Shown in pieces: positions 37,747 to 48,103 of a DNA stretch of 64,000 nucleotides (position 1 is the first letter of the stretch; each line of letters starts with the position of its first letter). The stretch is taken from positions 138,405 through 202,404 of the forward strand of contig CAKSZH010000001.1 of the NCBI GenBank assembly GCA_934525675.1, read 5' to 3'. The notes below the pieces were generated by a model that searched no databases, was not told where the DNA came from, and saw only the letters and a program-made list of their open reading frames with translations. Both the position numbers and the translations under genes were made by a program. This DNA is from an uncultured Eubacteriales bacterium. GTDB lineage: Bacteria; Bacillota; Clostridia; Oscillospirales; CAG-272.

Positions 37747-38348
37747 GGCGCGACTCCCAGTGTCCGGAGAATTCCGTCCACCATAGCGGACAGCTCCTCC
37801 ATATCGGTCCCGGCTCCGTTCCGGATCACAAAGTCTGCGCGCGAGGTGTAAAATGCGTCCTCCGGCTGCGCCTCGATACGGGAAATCGCCGCTTCCCGCG
37901 GGATTCCGTCGCGCTCCGTAATCCGCCCGACGCGGGTCTCCGGGTCGGCAGTCACCGCAACGACGGCATCGCACAGCCTGTCTGCCCCGGATTCAAAGAG
38001 GGTCGGCGCGTCGATGACGGCGGCTTTCTCTTTGCGCTCCCCGAGGGGAAGAAGCAGGGCTTCAATCCGTTCGATGACATATTTGTGAGAAATGCGGTTG
38101 AGCGTTTCCAGCTTTTCCTTGTCGCGGAATACCTCGCGTGAAAGCGCGGCGCGGTCAAGCGACCCGTCGGGGGAGCGGAATCTCTCCCCGAACACAGAAA
38201 TGATTTCGTCGGTGCAGGCGGACGGCGGCAGGAGAAGCGTATGATATTCTTTGTCACAGTCGATGACGGGAATTCCGCGTTTTTCAAAGCAGGAGCCGAC
38301 CGCGCCCTTTCCGGCACCGCTCGGACCCGTCAGTCCGATTACCTTCAC
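37743..38348 (-). CDS. coaE: dephospho-CoA kinase
   Basis: GTG start 38348 (VKVIGLTGPSGAGKG P-loop) with RBS GGGGGGA. The longer track ORF begins upstream of the promoter. Confidence 0.88.
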   Translation of the reverse strand: MKVIGLTGPSGAGKGAVGSCFEKRGIPVIDCDKEYHTLLLPPSACTDEIISVFGERFRSPDGSLDRAALSREVFRDKEKLETLNRISHKYVIERIEALLLPLGERKEKAAVIDAPTLFESGADRLCDAVVAVTADPETRVGRITERDGIPREAAISRIEAQPEDAFYTSRADFVIRNGAGTDMEELSAMVDGILRTLGVAP

Positions 38349-38402
38349 GGAAATCCCCCCTTTTTCTGCAATTGCAACATAACAAACAATAACACAGAAT
38401 AC

Positions 38403-38431
38403 ATTATACCGCACTTGCCGGCGCAATGCAA
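38403..38431 (-). promoter_or_regulatory. sigma-A promoter of the coaE operon
   Basis: The minus strand reads TTGCAT, 17-nt spacer, TATAAT. It is divergent from the HAD promoter. Confidence 0.6.
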
Positions 38432-38461
38432 GAGGAAAAGCGGATTTCTCCCGAAAATCCG

Positions 38462-38490
38462 TTGCAAAATTCTTCCGCTTATAGTATAAT
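38462..38490 (+). promoter_or_regulatory. sigma-A promoter of the HAD hydrolase gene
   Basis: TTGCAA (38462-38467), 17-nt spacer, TATAAT (38485-38490). Confidence 0.6.
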
Positions 38491-38553
38491 ACTAATATCG
38501 TGTCTGCCGCCCGTGCGGCGTGCGGACAAATTTCGGAAAGCGGGGAACCTGCC

Positions 38554-39252
38554 GTGAAGCACTACCGGACCCTTTTATTTGACGCGGATAATACGCTCTT
38601 GGATTTCAGCCGGTCTGAGCATGATGCGCTCTCTGATACGCTGAAACTTTTCGGGCTTCCCGCGACCGATGATGTGATCGCGGAGTACAGCCGCATCAAC
38701 GATTTGCATTGGAAGAAGCTCGAACGCGGGGAAACCACCCGCGAGCGGCTCAAGGTGGACCGCTTTTCGGATTTTCTTTCAGAGGGCGGCTTTCACGCCG
38801 ACGCGGAACGTATGGCGGTGACCTATTGCGACTGCCTTGCCACCAAGTCGTTTCTCATGCCGGGGGCGGAGGAGACGGTAAAAGTGCTTTCCCGCGACTG
38901 CGGGCTCTATGTCATCACAAACGGCAACAAGGCGGTTCAGCACGGACGCTTTGACCCGTCGCCCATCCGCAAATATTTCCGCGACTGCTTCATCTCCGAC
39001 GAGATCGGCGCGGAGAAGCCGTCCCCCGCGTTCTTCCGTGCAGTTGAAGAGCGGATTCCCGGGTTCTCCCCGGATGACGCGCTCGTCATCGGAGACTCCC
39101 TGACCTCGGACATTCAGGGCGGCATCAACGCGGGGATCGATACCTGCTGGTTCCTGCCGAAAACGAAACAGATGCCTGGAAATGTATCGGTAAAGCCCAC
39201 ATATATCATACGGGACCTCACAGAACTTCCGGACCTGCTCGCCCGCACCTGA
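38554..39252 (+). CDS. HAD-superfamily hydrolase (YjjG-like nucleotidase subfamily)
   Basis: Motif I LLFDADNTLLDF, then ITNG and GDSLTSDIQGG. GTG 38554 is preferred because the track start at 38500 lies at or before the predicted TSS. Confidence 0.78.
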   Translation: MKHYRTLLFDADNTLLDFSRSEHDALSDTLKLFGLPATDDVIAEYSRINDLHWKKLERGETTRERLKVDRFSDFLSEGGFHADAERMAVTYCDCLATKSFLMPGAEETVKVLSRDCGLYVITNGNKAVQHGRFDPSPIRKYFRDCFISDEIGAEKPSPAFFRAVEERIPGFSPDDALVIGDSLTSDIQGGINAGIDTCWFLPKTKQMPGNVSVKPTYIIRDLTELPDLLART

Positions 39253-39410
39253 CGGGTAAGTTGCCGGGTCAGCCGGAATCAACCGGAGACACCGGGAGAT
39301 CCCGGCGACTCCGTGCGCGGGCAGAACCGTGTAACCCGGACGTCTGACGTAACCGGGTAATCCGGACACCCAAACGCCCCGGACCGATCAACCCGAAAGG
39401 AGATATTGCT

Positions 39411-40316
39411 GTGACGGAATTTGAAGAACAACTGCGTCAGACCGGCGCGGAATATACGCGGGAGGAACCCCTCGCGCTCCATTCCACCTTCCGCATCGGC
39501 GGAAGGGCGGATTATGCCGTTTTCCCCAAAAACGAGCGGGAACTGATTGCCGCGATTGCCGCCGCAAAAACAAACGCGGTGCGGTATACCGTCATCGGGC
39601 GGGGAAGCAACGTCCTGTTTTCCGACGATGGGTACCGCGGCATGGTCGTGTTCACCTCCGGACTTTGCGAAATCAGTGTGGACGGAACGACGGTGCGCGC
39701 CGGATGCGGTGCGTCGCTCACGCAAGTCGCTCTTGCCGCCGCGAAGCATTCGCTCACCGGTTTTGAATTCGCGCACGGGATCCCCGGTTCCTTTGGCGGG
39801 GCGATCTATATGAACGCCGGTGCATACGGCGGAAGCATTTCCGGTGTGCTGACGAACAGCGCCTGCTTTGACCCCGCCGACGGTTCCGTTTTCACGCTGT
39901 CGGCAGAAGCGCATGAATTCGGAAACCGGAAAAGCGCCTACATGACGAACGGCTGTATCGTGCTCGGCGGCGAGCTTGCACTTGCCGAGGGCGACTCCGA
40001 AGCCATTTTCGCGCGCATGGAAGAACTGAAGGAAAAGCGCAGGGCGAGCCAGCCGCTGGAGTACCCGAGCGCCGGGAGCGTGTTCAAGCGTCCGGAGGGG
40101 TATTTTGCCGGCAAGCTCATCGAGGACGCGGGGCTCAAGGGTACCCGTGTCGGCGGCGCGATGGTCTCCCCAAAGCACGCGGGCTTCATCGTCAACGTCG
40201 GCGGCGCGACCGCAAAAGACGTTCTTGCACTGATCGAAAAGATCAGGGAAACGGTTGAGCGCCGTTTCGGCGTTCTGCTGGAGCCAGAGGTGCGCTGGCT
40301 TCCCGCCGGGGACTGA
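39411..40316 (+). CDS. murB: UDP-N-acetylenolpyruvoylglucosamine reductase
   Basis: FRIGGRADY...GRGSNVL...GIPGSFGGAIYMNAGAYG...PSAGSVFKRP. GTG start with RBS AAAGGAGA. Confidence 0.9.
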   Translation: MTEFEEQLRQTGAEYTREEPLALHSTFRIGGRADYAVFPKNERELIAAIAAAKTNAVRYTVIGRGSNVLFSDDGYRGMVVFTSGLCEISVDGTTVRAGCGASLTQVALAAAKHSLTGFEFAHGIPGSFGGAIYMNAGAYGGSISGVLTNSACFDPADGSVFTLSAEAHEFGNRKSAYMTNGCIVLGGELALAEGDSEAIFARMEELKEKRRASQPLEYPSAGSVFKRPEGYFAGKLIEDAGLKGTRVGGAMVSPKHAGFIVNVGGATAKDVLALIEKIRETVERRFGVLLEPEVRWLPAGD

Positions 40317-40463
40317 CCCGGGAGGGTTCTTTGCCGCAAAGTCAACCGGTGCCTTGCAACGCCGGTGTTCTCGTAAAATAAACGCAAACCCGGTATTTTT
40401 TTCGGGCAAATTCCGTTTTTCATCCCTGTATCCATCCGGCTTCCGGAAGAAAGGAGTCCCGCC

Positions 40464-41390
40464 ATGTCTTTTGCAACCGAAACCAAAGAGGAACTGATCC
40501 GCGAGGGCAGCTTTCGTCATTCCTGTTGCCGTGCGGCGTTCTCGGCGGGGCTTTTGTTCTCCGCGGAGGCGGAAGGGAAGCGGGTAACGCTGCGCCTGAC
40601 CGGCAAAAATCCGGCGGAATACTGTGCAGAGGTGCTCCGCAAGCAGTACGGACAAGCCCCGGAGGTCACGGTGCGCTCCCGCTTCGGTGCGGAGCTCTGC
40701 ACCCTTTCCTTTTCTTCCTCATCGGCGGCTCGTACCGCCATGGAATTTGCCGATTCAACGGTTCCGCTTGCACAACAGCTCCGCTTCGGCTGTGAATTCT
40801 GCCGCGGACAGTTTTTCCGTGCGGTGTTTCTGTGTACCGGGACGGTCAGCGATCCCGAAAAGGAGAATTATCTGGAGTTTCTCTTCCGCGACGCTGCCCA
40901 CGCCGCGAAGTTTTACCCGTATCTGACCGAAGCGGGGCTTGCTCCGAGACCGATCAACCGGAAGAGCGGCTGCGGGCTGTATTTCCGGAGCGGCGGAGGC
41001 GTCGAGGACGTGTTCCGCCTGATCGGTGCGAACAAAAAGCTGTTCGACCTGCTCAACGTCCGCATTGAAAAGGAAATCAGCAACAATGAAAACCGCGCCA
41101 CCAACTGCGTGACGCGGAATATCGGGAAAACCGTTGCGGCATCGGTCCGCCAGACCGCCGCAGTGGAAAAGCTCATCGACGCGGCTGTCCTCGACCGGCT
41201 TCCGGAGGAATTGCGGGTGACCGCGCTTCTGCGGATTCATCACCCGGACGCGACACTCGGAGAGCTTGCGGCGCTTCACGATCCGCCGATCTCCAAATCC
41301 GGGCTGAATCACCGCCTCGCCCGCCTTTGCGAGGAGGCGGACAACCTGTCGGAGAAGTCCGCGGGGAAACAGAACGGGGGACCGACCTGA
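40464..41390 (+). CDS. whiA: DNA-binding protein WhiA
   Basis: MSFATETKEELI...CCRAAFSAGLL, a LAGLIDADG-like core, and a C-terminal HTH (SKSGLNHRL). Confidence 0.9.
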   Translation: MSFATETKEELIREGSFRHSCCRAAFSAGLLFSAEAEGKRVTLRLTGKNPAEYCAEVLRKQYGQAPEVTVRSRFGAELCTLSFSSSSAARTAMEFADSTVPLAQQLRFGCEFCRGQFFRAVFLCTGTVSDPEKENYLEFLFRDAAHAAKFYPYLTEAGLAPRPINRKSGCGLYFRSGGGVEDVFRLIGANKKLFDLLNVRIEKEISNNENRATNCVTRNIGKTVAASVRQTAAVEKLIDAAVLDRLPEELRVTALLRIHHPDATLGELAALHDPPISKSGLNHRLARLCEEADNLSEKSAGKQNGGPT

Positions 41391-41495
41391 CAGCAAAATC
41401 CGCACCGACGGCACCCGTAAAGCCGGAAGCAATCCGCCCGGTACGCGGGGACACAGCCGGTTGAACCCGGAACAAAACGAAAGGAGGGCACGCTC

Positions 41496-44400
41496 ATGCC
41501 CGGATTTGTCCATCTGCATCTGCACAGCGAATACAGCCTGCTTGACGGCGCGTGCCGGATCGACGAGATCCCGAAGCGCGCGAAAGAGTGCGGTCATGAC
41601 GCGGTCGCCCTGACCGACCACGGCGTGATGTACGGCGCGGTCGCCTTTTACAACGCCTGCAAAAAAGAGGGCATCAAGCCCATCATCGGGTGCGAGGTCT
41701 ATGTTGCGCCCGGCTCCCGGTTTGACAAGAACCCGTCGGCGGGGAGTCCGTATCACCTTGTTCTGCTTTGCGAGAATCAAACGGGGTACCGGAATCTCAT
41801 CTATCTGGTGTCCAAAGGGTTCACCGACGGCTTTTATTCCAAGCCGCGCGTGGACAAGGAACTGCTCCGCTCTCACCACGAGGGGCTGATCGCGTTGTCC
41901 GCCTGCCTTGCGGGGGAGGTGCCGCGGAGCCTTGTCAGAGGTGATTATGATTCCGCCTGCCGCGCGGCAAAAGAGCTTTCGGAGATCTTCGGGAAGGATC
42001 ATTTTTATATCGAGCTTCAGAATCACGGGCTTGACGAGCAGAAGCAGATTCTCCCGGAGCTGGTCCGGCTTGCCGGAGACTGCGGGTTACCCATGGTCGC
42101 AACGAACGACTGTCATTACCTTCGCCGCCGTGACGCGGAGACGCAGGCGGTACTGCTCTGTATCCAGACGGGCAACACCATGTCGGACGGCAGACCCATC
42201 GGCTTTGAAACCGACGAATTCTATTACAAGGACACCGAGGAAATGACCGCCTTGTTCGGTCGGTACGAGGGAGCGATCGGGAATACGGAGAAGATCGCCG
42301 ACAGATGCAACCTTGACTTTGATTTTTCTGAGACTTATCTTCCGAAGTTTCCGTGCCCCGCGGGCGTAACCGCTCCGCAGTACCTGTCGCGGCTGGCGGA
42401 AGAAGGATTTTGCGCCAAAGAAGAAAAAGGGGAAATCCCCGCCGCGGGGCATACCGCGGAAGAGTACCGTGCCCGCATGGAGTACGAGCTCCGCGTCATT
42501 GAGAGCATGGGGTATGCGGATTACTTCCTCATCGTACAGGATTACGTCAACTTCGCAAAGAGCCGCGACATTCCCGTGGGACCTGGACGAGGGTCGGGCG
42601 CGGGAAGCCTGGTTGCCTACCTGCTCGGCATCACCGACGTGGATTCCATCCGTTTTGATCTGCTGTTTGAACGTTTCCTCAACCCCGAACGCGTCAGTAT
42701 GCCGGATATCGATATCGATTTCTGCTACAACCGCCGCGACGAGGTTATCGCATATGTGACGGAGAAGTACGGAAGAGATCATGTTTCCCAGATCATCACC
42801 TTCGGTACGCTTGCCGCGCGTGCGGCGATCCGCGACGTGGGACGTGCCATCGGCATGTCGTATTCCGATGTGGACGCCGTTGCCCGCGCCGTGCCGCAGG
42901 AACTGAATATCACCATCCGGGACGCGCTTTCAAGAAAACCCCTGAAGGAGCTTTACGACGCGTCGGCGGAGGTCCGTAAACTGGTCGATACCGCGTGCGC
43001 GATCGAGGGAATGCCGCGCAATGTTTCGATTCATGCGGCGGGGATCGTCATCACCGACCGCCCGCTTTCGGATTATGTGCCGCTTTCCGCTTCCGGCGGT
43101 GTGGTCATCACCCAGTATGATATGGATACCATCGCGCATCTGGGACTTCTCAAATTCGATTTCCTTGCGCTCAGATACCTGACCATTCTGCACGACGCGG
43201 AGGTGCAGATCAGGGAACAGGAGCCGCAGTTTTGCCTGTCCCGGCTGCCGTTTGACGACAGAAAGACTTATGAGCTGATCGGGAAGGGAAATACGGGCGG
43301 CGTGTTTCAGCTGGAATCCTCCGGGATGCGGAATATGCTCCAGAATCTCCGCCCGGAGAATCTGGACGACATCATTGCCGCGATTGCGCTGTTCCGTCCG
43401 GGACCCATGGATTCCATCCCGCGCTACATCGAGGGCAGGCACAATCCGTCCTCGGTGCACTATGACCCGCCCGAACTGGAGCCGATCCTTCGTTCGACTT
43501 ACGGCTGTACCGTGTATCAGGAGCAGGTCATGCAGATCTTCCGCGATCTTGCGGGCTACACCTTCGGTCACGCGGACATCGTGCGCCGCGCCATGGCAAA
43601 AAAGAAGGCGGACGTGCTTGCCGCGGAACGTCCGGCGTTTCTTGCCGGGTGCCGGGAACGCGGCATTTCCGAGGTGACCGCGAGTAAACTTTTCGACGAC
43701 CTTTCGAGCTTTGCCAATTATGCCTTCAACAAGTCCCACGCTGCCGCCTATGCCGTGATCTCCTACCGTACCGCCTACCTCAAGGCGCATTATCCGAAGG
43801 AATATCTTTCCGCACTGCTTACCAGCGTGCTCGGCAACATTCCCAAGATGGCGGAATACACCGCGGAATGTGCCCGCCGCCAGATCCGCATTCTGCCGCC
43901 CGATATCAACGAAAGCTATGCGGATTTCCATGTGGACGGAGACAATATCCGCTTCGGATTGCTTGCTCTCAAGAACGTCGGGAACCAGTTCATCGAAAAT
44001 ATCATCAGGGAACGCAAGTCCCGCCCGTTTGCCTCGTTTGAGGATTTTGTGGACCGGATGTCCGGAAGCGATCTCAACAAACGCATGGTGGAAGCGCTTG
44101 TCAAGGCGGGTGCCTTTGACGGACTCGGTGTGTATCGCAGCCGCCTTGTCGCCGCCTACGAACGGATCCTTGATCAGGCGGGCAACAAGAACCGTGCCAA
44201 CCTCGACGGGCAGATTGATCTGTTTTCGGCGGCGTTCGCGCCTGTCGCGTCCGCTCCCGCGTTCCGCTATCCGGACATCCCGGAATACACGCTCCGCGAG
44301 AAGCTGGCGCTGGAAAAGCAGGCGTCCGGGCTGTACTTCTCCGGGCATCCGTTTGACGGCTACCGCCCGTCGGCGGAGAAGCTTGGTGCCGCTCCGATTT

Positions 44401-45158
44401 CCGACTATGTTCCCGCAGAGGGTGAGGAGCCGCCCGCGGACAAAACCCGCGTCCGTGTTGCGGGCATGATCTCTTCGGTGTCCCTCAAAACGCCAAAAAA
44501 CGGAGGAGGACGCATGGCGTTCTTCACGCTGGAGGACAGCTTCGGCGAGATCGAATGTATCGCATTTTCCAAGACCTATGCGGAGTATGCTCCCATGATC
44601 CGCGAGGACGTTCCCCTCTGCTGTGAGGGAACGCTTTCCGTCAGGGAAGAGGAGGCGCCCAAGGTACTGGTCAATACGCTTTGCGTGCTTGCGGAGAATC
44701 CCGATGCACAGGAAGCGCTACCGGTGTCCGCCGGTTACCGCAGTACAGGAAGCACGGGAGCCGCAGAGACCGCCAACCGGGTGCCGTCCGGTTCGGGTGG
44801 AAATTCCGTTTCGGGTGATTATCGTGCCCCTGCAAACGTTCGTCCCGCCTCCGCTCCGGTAAACGGAACCGTGCGAGCAGGGAATCCCGCTTCTGCCGGG
44901 ACACGACCCGCGTCCGGTAATCCCGCTCCCGGTGCTGCGCCCAGACCTCACCGCCTGTGCCTGCGCGTTCCGGATTTTGAGTGCGAAGCCTACCGCAAGG
45001 CGAGAAATCTGGTGGAATTGTTCGAGGGACCGACCGAGGTCCTCTTCTACAACAGCTCGGATAAAACCTATCACCGCGCGGGAGGGGTTTTGTATTCCGA
45101 CTTTGTTCTGCGCGAGTTCAGACTGCTGCTCGGGGACGCGAACGCAGTCTATCAGTGA
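41496..45158 (+). CDS. dnaE: DNA polymerase III alpha subunit (DnaE type)
   Basis: PHP domain FVHLHLHSEYSLLDG, then GPGRGSGAGSLVAY and PDIDIDF. OB fold, then a Pro/Ala/Gly-rich linker and a ~70-aa terminal domain. Confidence 0.95.
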   Translation: MPGFVHLHLHSEYSLLDGACRIDEIPKRAKECGHDAVALTDHGVMYGAVAFYNACKKEGIKPIIGCEVYVAPGSRFDKNPSAGSPYHLVLLCENQTGYRNLIYLVSKGFTDGFYSKPRVDKELLRSHHEGLIALSACLAGEVPRSLVRGDYDSACRAAKELSEIFGKDHFYIELQNHGLDEQKQILPELVRLAGDCGLPMVATNDCHYLRRRDAETQAVLLCIQTGNTMSDGRPIGFETDEFYYKDTEEMTALFGRYEGAIGNTEKIADRCNLDFDFSETYLPKFPCPAGVTAPQYLSRLAEEGFCAKEEKGEIPAAGHTAEEYRARMEYELRVIESMGYADYFLIVQDYVNFAKSRDIPVGPGRGSGAGSLVAYLLGITDVDSIRFDLLFERFLNPERVSMPDIDIDFCYNRRDEVIAYVTEKYGRDHVSQIITFGTLAARAAIRDVGRAIGMSYSDVDAVARAVPQELNITIRDALSRKPLKELYDASAEVRKLVDTACAIEGMPRNVSIHAAGIVITDRPLSDYVPLSASGGVVITQYDMDTIAHLGLLKFDFLALRYLTILHDAEVQIREQEPQFCLSRLPFDDRKTYELIGKGNTGGVFQLESSGMRNMLQNLRPENLDDIIAAIALFRPGPMDSIPRYIEGRHNPSSVHYDPPELEPILRSTYGCTVYQEQVMQIFRDLAGYTFGHADIVRRAMAKKKADVLAAERPAFLAGCRERGISEVTASKLFDDLSSFANYAFNKSHAAAYAVISYRTAYLKAHYPKEYLSALLTSVLGNIPKMAEYTAECARRQIRILPPDINESYADFHVDGDNIRFGLLALKNVGNQFIENIIRERKSRPFASFEDFVDRMSGSDLNKRMVEALVKAGAFDGLGVYRSRLVAAYERILDQAGNKNRANLDGQIDLFSAAFAPVASAPAFRYPDIPEYTLREKLALEKQASGLYFSGHPFDGYRPSAEKLGAAPISDYVPAEGEEPPADKTRVRVAGMISSVSLKTPKNGGGRMAFFTLEDSFGEIECIAFSKTYAEYAPMIREDVPLCCEGTLSVREEEAPKVLVNTLCVLAENPDAQEALPVSAGYRSTGSTGAAETANRVPSGSGGNSVSGDYRAPANVRPASAPVNGTVRAGNPASAGTRPASGNPAPGAAPRPHRLCLRVPDFECEAYRKARNLVELFEGPTEVLFYNSSDKTYHRAGGVLYSDFVLREFRLLLGDANAVYQ

Positions 45159-45166
45159 GTTTCGAT

Positions 45167-45210
45167 AAAACGCAGGGCGCACCGCCGTATGGCGGTGCGC
45201 CCTGCGTTTT
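45167..45210. terminator. bidirectional terminator between dnaE and the P-type ATPase
   Basis: Perfect 20-bp stem: AAAACGCAGGGCGCACCGCC pairs with GGCGGTGCGCCCTGCGTTTT. Confidence 0.9.
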
Positions 45211-45242
45211 GGATGACCGGAAAAGTGCCCTGCCTCCGCCGC

Positions 45243-47897
45243 TTACGCCACGGAGCGTTCCTTCTTCTTTTCCAACCGTCTCTGGATCAGCTTGACCAGT
45301 TCCACCGCGGGGATAATCAGCGCGCCAAGTCCGATTGCCACGGCGTACTCGGTGAATTCCACACTGCTGAATTCAAATGCCGCCGCAAGCACGGGAACCT
45401 CGCATACAAGCGTTGTGGTCAGAAGCGATACGGAAGCCGCGATAAGCAGTACCTTGTTCTGCGGGCCGAGCGTAAAGATGCTCCGTCTTTGCGAACGCAT
45501 ATTGAGACTGTGGAAGATTTCCGCCATGCACATGGTGAGAAACGCCATGGTCGTTCCGTGCGGGCTGTCAAGGAGCGTAAAGGAGCCGGTCTCCATGAAA
45601 TGCCCGAGGAAGTAGGACGCAAGCACCAGAACCGTTACGAGGATTCCCTGATATGCTACGTCAAAGCCCATGCCGCCCGCAAAAATACCCGCTTTCGCGT
45701 CGCGCGGCTTGCGGCGCATGATGTCCGGCTCCGCCCGTTCCAGCCCGAGGGCAAGGGCGGGGAAGCAGTCGGTCACCAGATTGATCCAGAGCAGGTGTAC
45801 CGGCTTCAGGATCGTAAAGCCGAGTAAGGTTGCCACGAAGATGCAGAGCACCTCGCTTAAGTTGGAGGCAAGCAGGAATTGGATCGCTTTGCGGATATTG
45901 TCGTAGATGCGCCTGCCTTCCTCGACCGCGCCGACGATGGTGGCAAAGTTGTCGTCCGCGAGTACCATGTCCGCTACGTTTTTGGTGACGTCGGTGCCCG
46001 TGATTCCCATGCCGATGCCGATGTCGGCGGATTTGATGGACGGCGCGTCGTTTACGCCGTCGCCCGTCATGGCGGTGACATATCCGGCGTTTCTCCAAGC
46101 GTTGACGATCCGGGTCTTGTGTTCCGGCTGAACGCGGGCGTACACACTGATTTCCCGGAATACCTTTTCAAATTCCTCGTCCGACATTTCTCCCAGCTCC
46201 GCGCCCGTGACGGCACGGTACCCGTCGGACAGGATACCGAGTTCCTTTGCAATGGCAACCGCCGTGTCGATGTGGTCGCCCGTAATCATGATGGGGCGGA
46301 TGCCCGCTTCCTTACATTCTTCAATTGCCGCCCTGACTTCGGGACGTACAGGGTCGATCATGCCGCAGAGCCCGAGGAAACAGAGGTCCTTTTCCAGCGT
46401 TTCGGGTTCGGAATCGGCGGGAGCGGTATTCCATACGCGTTCCGCCGCGGCAAGCACACGAAGTGCGCGATCCGCCATTTCTTTGTTTGCCCGGAGAATG
46501 GTTTCCCGGTATTCCTCCGTCATCGGAACGAAAGCGCCGTCCTTAAGATAATGTGTGCAGCGGTCGATCACCACGTCCACGGCGCCTTTGGTATACTGAA
46601 TGTATCCGTCCCCGGTTCTGTGCACGGTGGACATCATTTTCCGCATGGAGTCAAACGGCGCTTCGCCGATGCGGGGAAGGGCTCCTTTGAGCTCCGGCTT
46701 GGGAAGTCCCAGCTTTGCCGCCCACGCGACGAGTGCCGCCTCGGTCGGCTCGCCCGTGACGCTCCCGTCCTCCGAGAGTTCTGCGTCGGAGCAGAGAGCC
46801 ATTGCGGTTGCAATCTTTTTTTCGTTCTCACCGAAGCTGTCAACAACGGTCATTTTGTTCTGGGTCAGGGTTCCCGTTTTGTCCGAGCAGATGATCTCGG
46901 CACAGCCGAGCGTTTCCACGGCGGTCAGCTTGCGGATGATCGCATTGCGCTTCGACATATTGGTCACGCCAATGGAGAGGACGATGGTGACGACGGTCGC
47001 AAGACCCTCCGGGATTGCGGCAACTGCCAGCGATACGGCGACCATGAAGGAGTTCAGCACCAATTCAAAGGTGAAGGAGCCGGCGCGGATGAGCTGTACG
47101 CCGAACACCACGGCGCAGATGCCGAGCACCAGCCAGGTGAGGATCTTTGAGAGCTGATTCAGCTTGCGCTGGAGCGGGGTCTCTCCGTCCTCGGCTTTTT
47201 CCAGCGCGTCGGCGATCTTACCCATTTCGGTATCCATGCCGGTCGCCGTCACCACGGCGGTGCCTCTGCCGTAAACCACGGTGCTTCCCATGTACAGCAT
47301 ATTTTTGCGGTCGCCGAGGGGGACATCCCGTCCGCCTTCGCCGAGAGAGATCAAATCAATAAATTTGTTGACGGGCACCGATTCTCCGGTCAATGCCGCT
47401 TCCTCTGCCTTGAGGCTTGCACTTTCCAAAATTCTTGCGTCGGCGGGTACCGCATCGCCTGCTTCCAGAACGATTACATCGCCGACCACAAGATCCTCCG
47501 AGTGAACGGTAATGAGCCTTCCGTCCCGGTAGACCTTCGAGGTCGCGGCGGACAGTTCCTGAAGCGCTTCGATCGCTTTTTCCGCCTTGCTTTCCTGCAG
47601 AACGCCGAGCACTGCGTTGACCAGCACGACGGAAACAATGATGATGACGTCGGCAAAGCCCTCGCTGTTCACCACGGCAAGCACGCCGCTGATCACCGCG
47701 GCAACGATCAGAATGAGGGTCATCGGGTCACAGAGCTGACCGAGAAACCGCAGAATGAGCGGTTTTTTCTTTTTCGCCGCGAGGCGGTTTTTGCCGTTTT
47801 CCGCAAGCCTTTTTCCGGCTTCTTCTGCGGTGAGTCCGTCTTTGCCCGAGCCGAGCTCAGAGAGGACTCTGTCCTTGTCTTCACAATAATAGCGCAT
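45243..47897 (-). CDS. P-type (type IIA-like) cation-transporting ATPase, Ca2+/Mn2+ class
   Basis: Starts at ATG 47897 (MRYYCED, RBS GGAGGA). TGES, CSDKTGTLTQN, MITGDH and MTGDGVNDAPS motifs. 10-TM topology. Confidence 0.9.
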   Translation of the reverse strand: MRYYCEDKDRVLSELGSGKDGLTAEEAGKRLAENGKNRLAAKKKKPLILRFLGQLCDPMTLILIVAAVISGVLAVVNSEGFADVIIIVSVVLVNAVLGVLQESKAEKAIEALQELSAATSKVYRDGRLITVHSEDLVVGDVIVLEAGDAVPADARILESASLKAEEAALTGESVPVNKFIDLISLGEGGRDVPLGDRKNMLYMGSTVVYGRGTAVVTATGMDTEMGKIADALEKAEDGETPLQRKLNQLSKILTWLVLGICAVVFGVQLIRAGSFTFELVLNSFMVAVSLAVAAIPEGLATVVTIVLSIGVTNMSKRNAIIRKLTAVETLGCAEIICSDKTGTLTQNKMTVVDSFGENEKKIATAMALCSDAELSEDGSVTGEPTEAALVAWAAKLGLPKPELKGALPRIGEAPFDSMRKMMSTVHRTGDGYIQYTKGAVDVVIDRCTHYLKDGAFVPMTEEYRETILRANKEMADRALRVLAAAERVWNTAPADSEPETLEKDLCFLGLCGMIDPVRPEVRAAIEECKEAGIRPIMITGDHIDTAVAIAKELGILSDGYRAVTGAELGEMSDEEFEKVFREISVYARVQPEHKTRIVNAWRNAGYVTAMTGDGVNDAPSIKSADIGIGMGITGTDVTKNVADMVLADDNFATIVGAVEEGRRIYDNIRKAIQFLLASNLSEVLCIFVATLLGFTILKPVHLLWINLVTDCFPALALGLERAEPDIMRRKPRDAKAGIFAGGMGFDVAYQGILVTVLVLASYFLGHFMETGSFTLLDSPHGTTMAFLTMCMAEIFHSLNMRSQRRSIFTLGPQNKVLLIAASVSLLTTTLVCEVPVLAAAFEFSSVEFTEYAVAIGLGALIIPAVELVKLIQRRLEKKKERSVA

Positions 47898-47921
47898 AGT
47901 TTCCTCCGTTTTGTGAACTGC

Positions 47922-48095
47922 AAAAATCCGGGTACAGCCGATCAGCTGTACCCGGATATCCAGAGGCTCCGTGTATAACCGTTCAGCTATACATGAGTCT
48001 CGCAATTTCAAACAAGCCAGAATGCCCAGAATGACAGACAGGATGTTGACTTGTTCCACACGACGTGTGCTTGCTACTCCCTCACGGGAATTTCA
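47922..48095 (-). promoter_or_regulatory. candidate yybP-ykoY-like (Mn2+) riboswitch with terminator expression platform
   Basis: The minus-strand RNA has 5' GUGAGGGAGUAGCAAG (48070-48085) and 3' UUGCGAGACUCAU (47993-48005). These can form P1 (GUGAG/CUCAU) and GCAA/UUGC around the conserved GGAGUAG and GAGAC loops. An internal ACAAGUCAAC...GGCUUGU resembles the L3 arm. A 14-bp terminator AUCCGGGUACAGCU/GGCUGUACCCGGAU plus U5 lies at 47922-47957. The usual P4 hairpin is not evident. Confidence 0.5.
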
Positions 48096-48103
48096 CTGGC
48101 ATC

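Noticed and set aside
39253-39410. Dense recurrence of CCGG(A/G) motifs in the HAD-murB spacer, with similar density at 41391-41495 and 1150-1330.
   Set aside because: This is probably just the GC-rich composition of the spacers. I could not define a consistent repeat unit or spacing.
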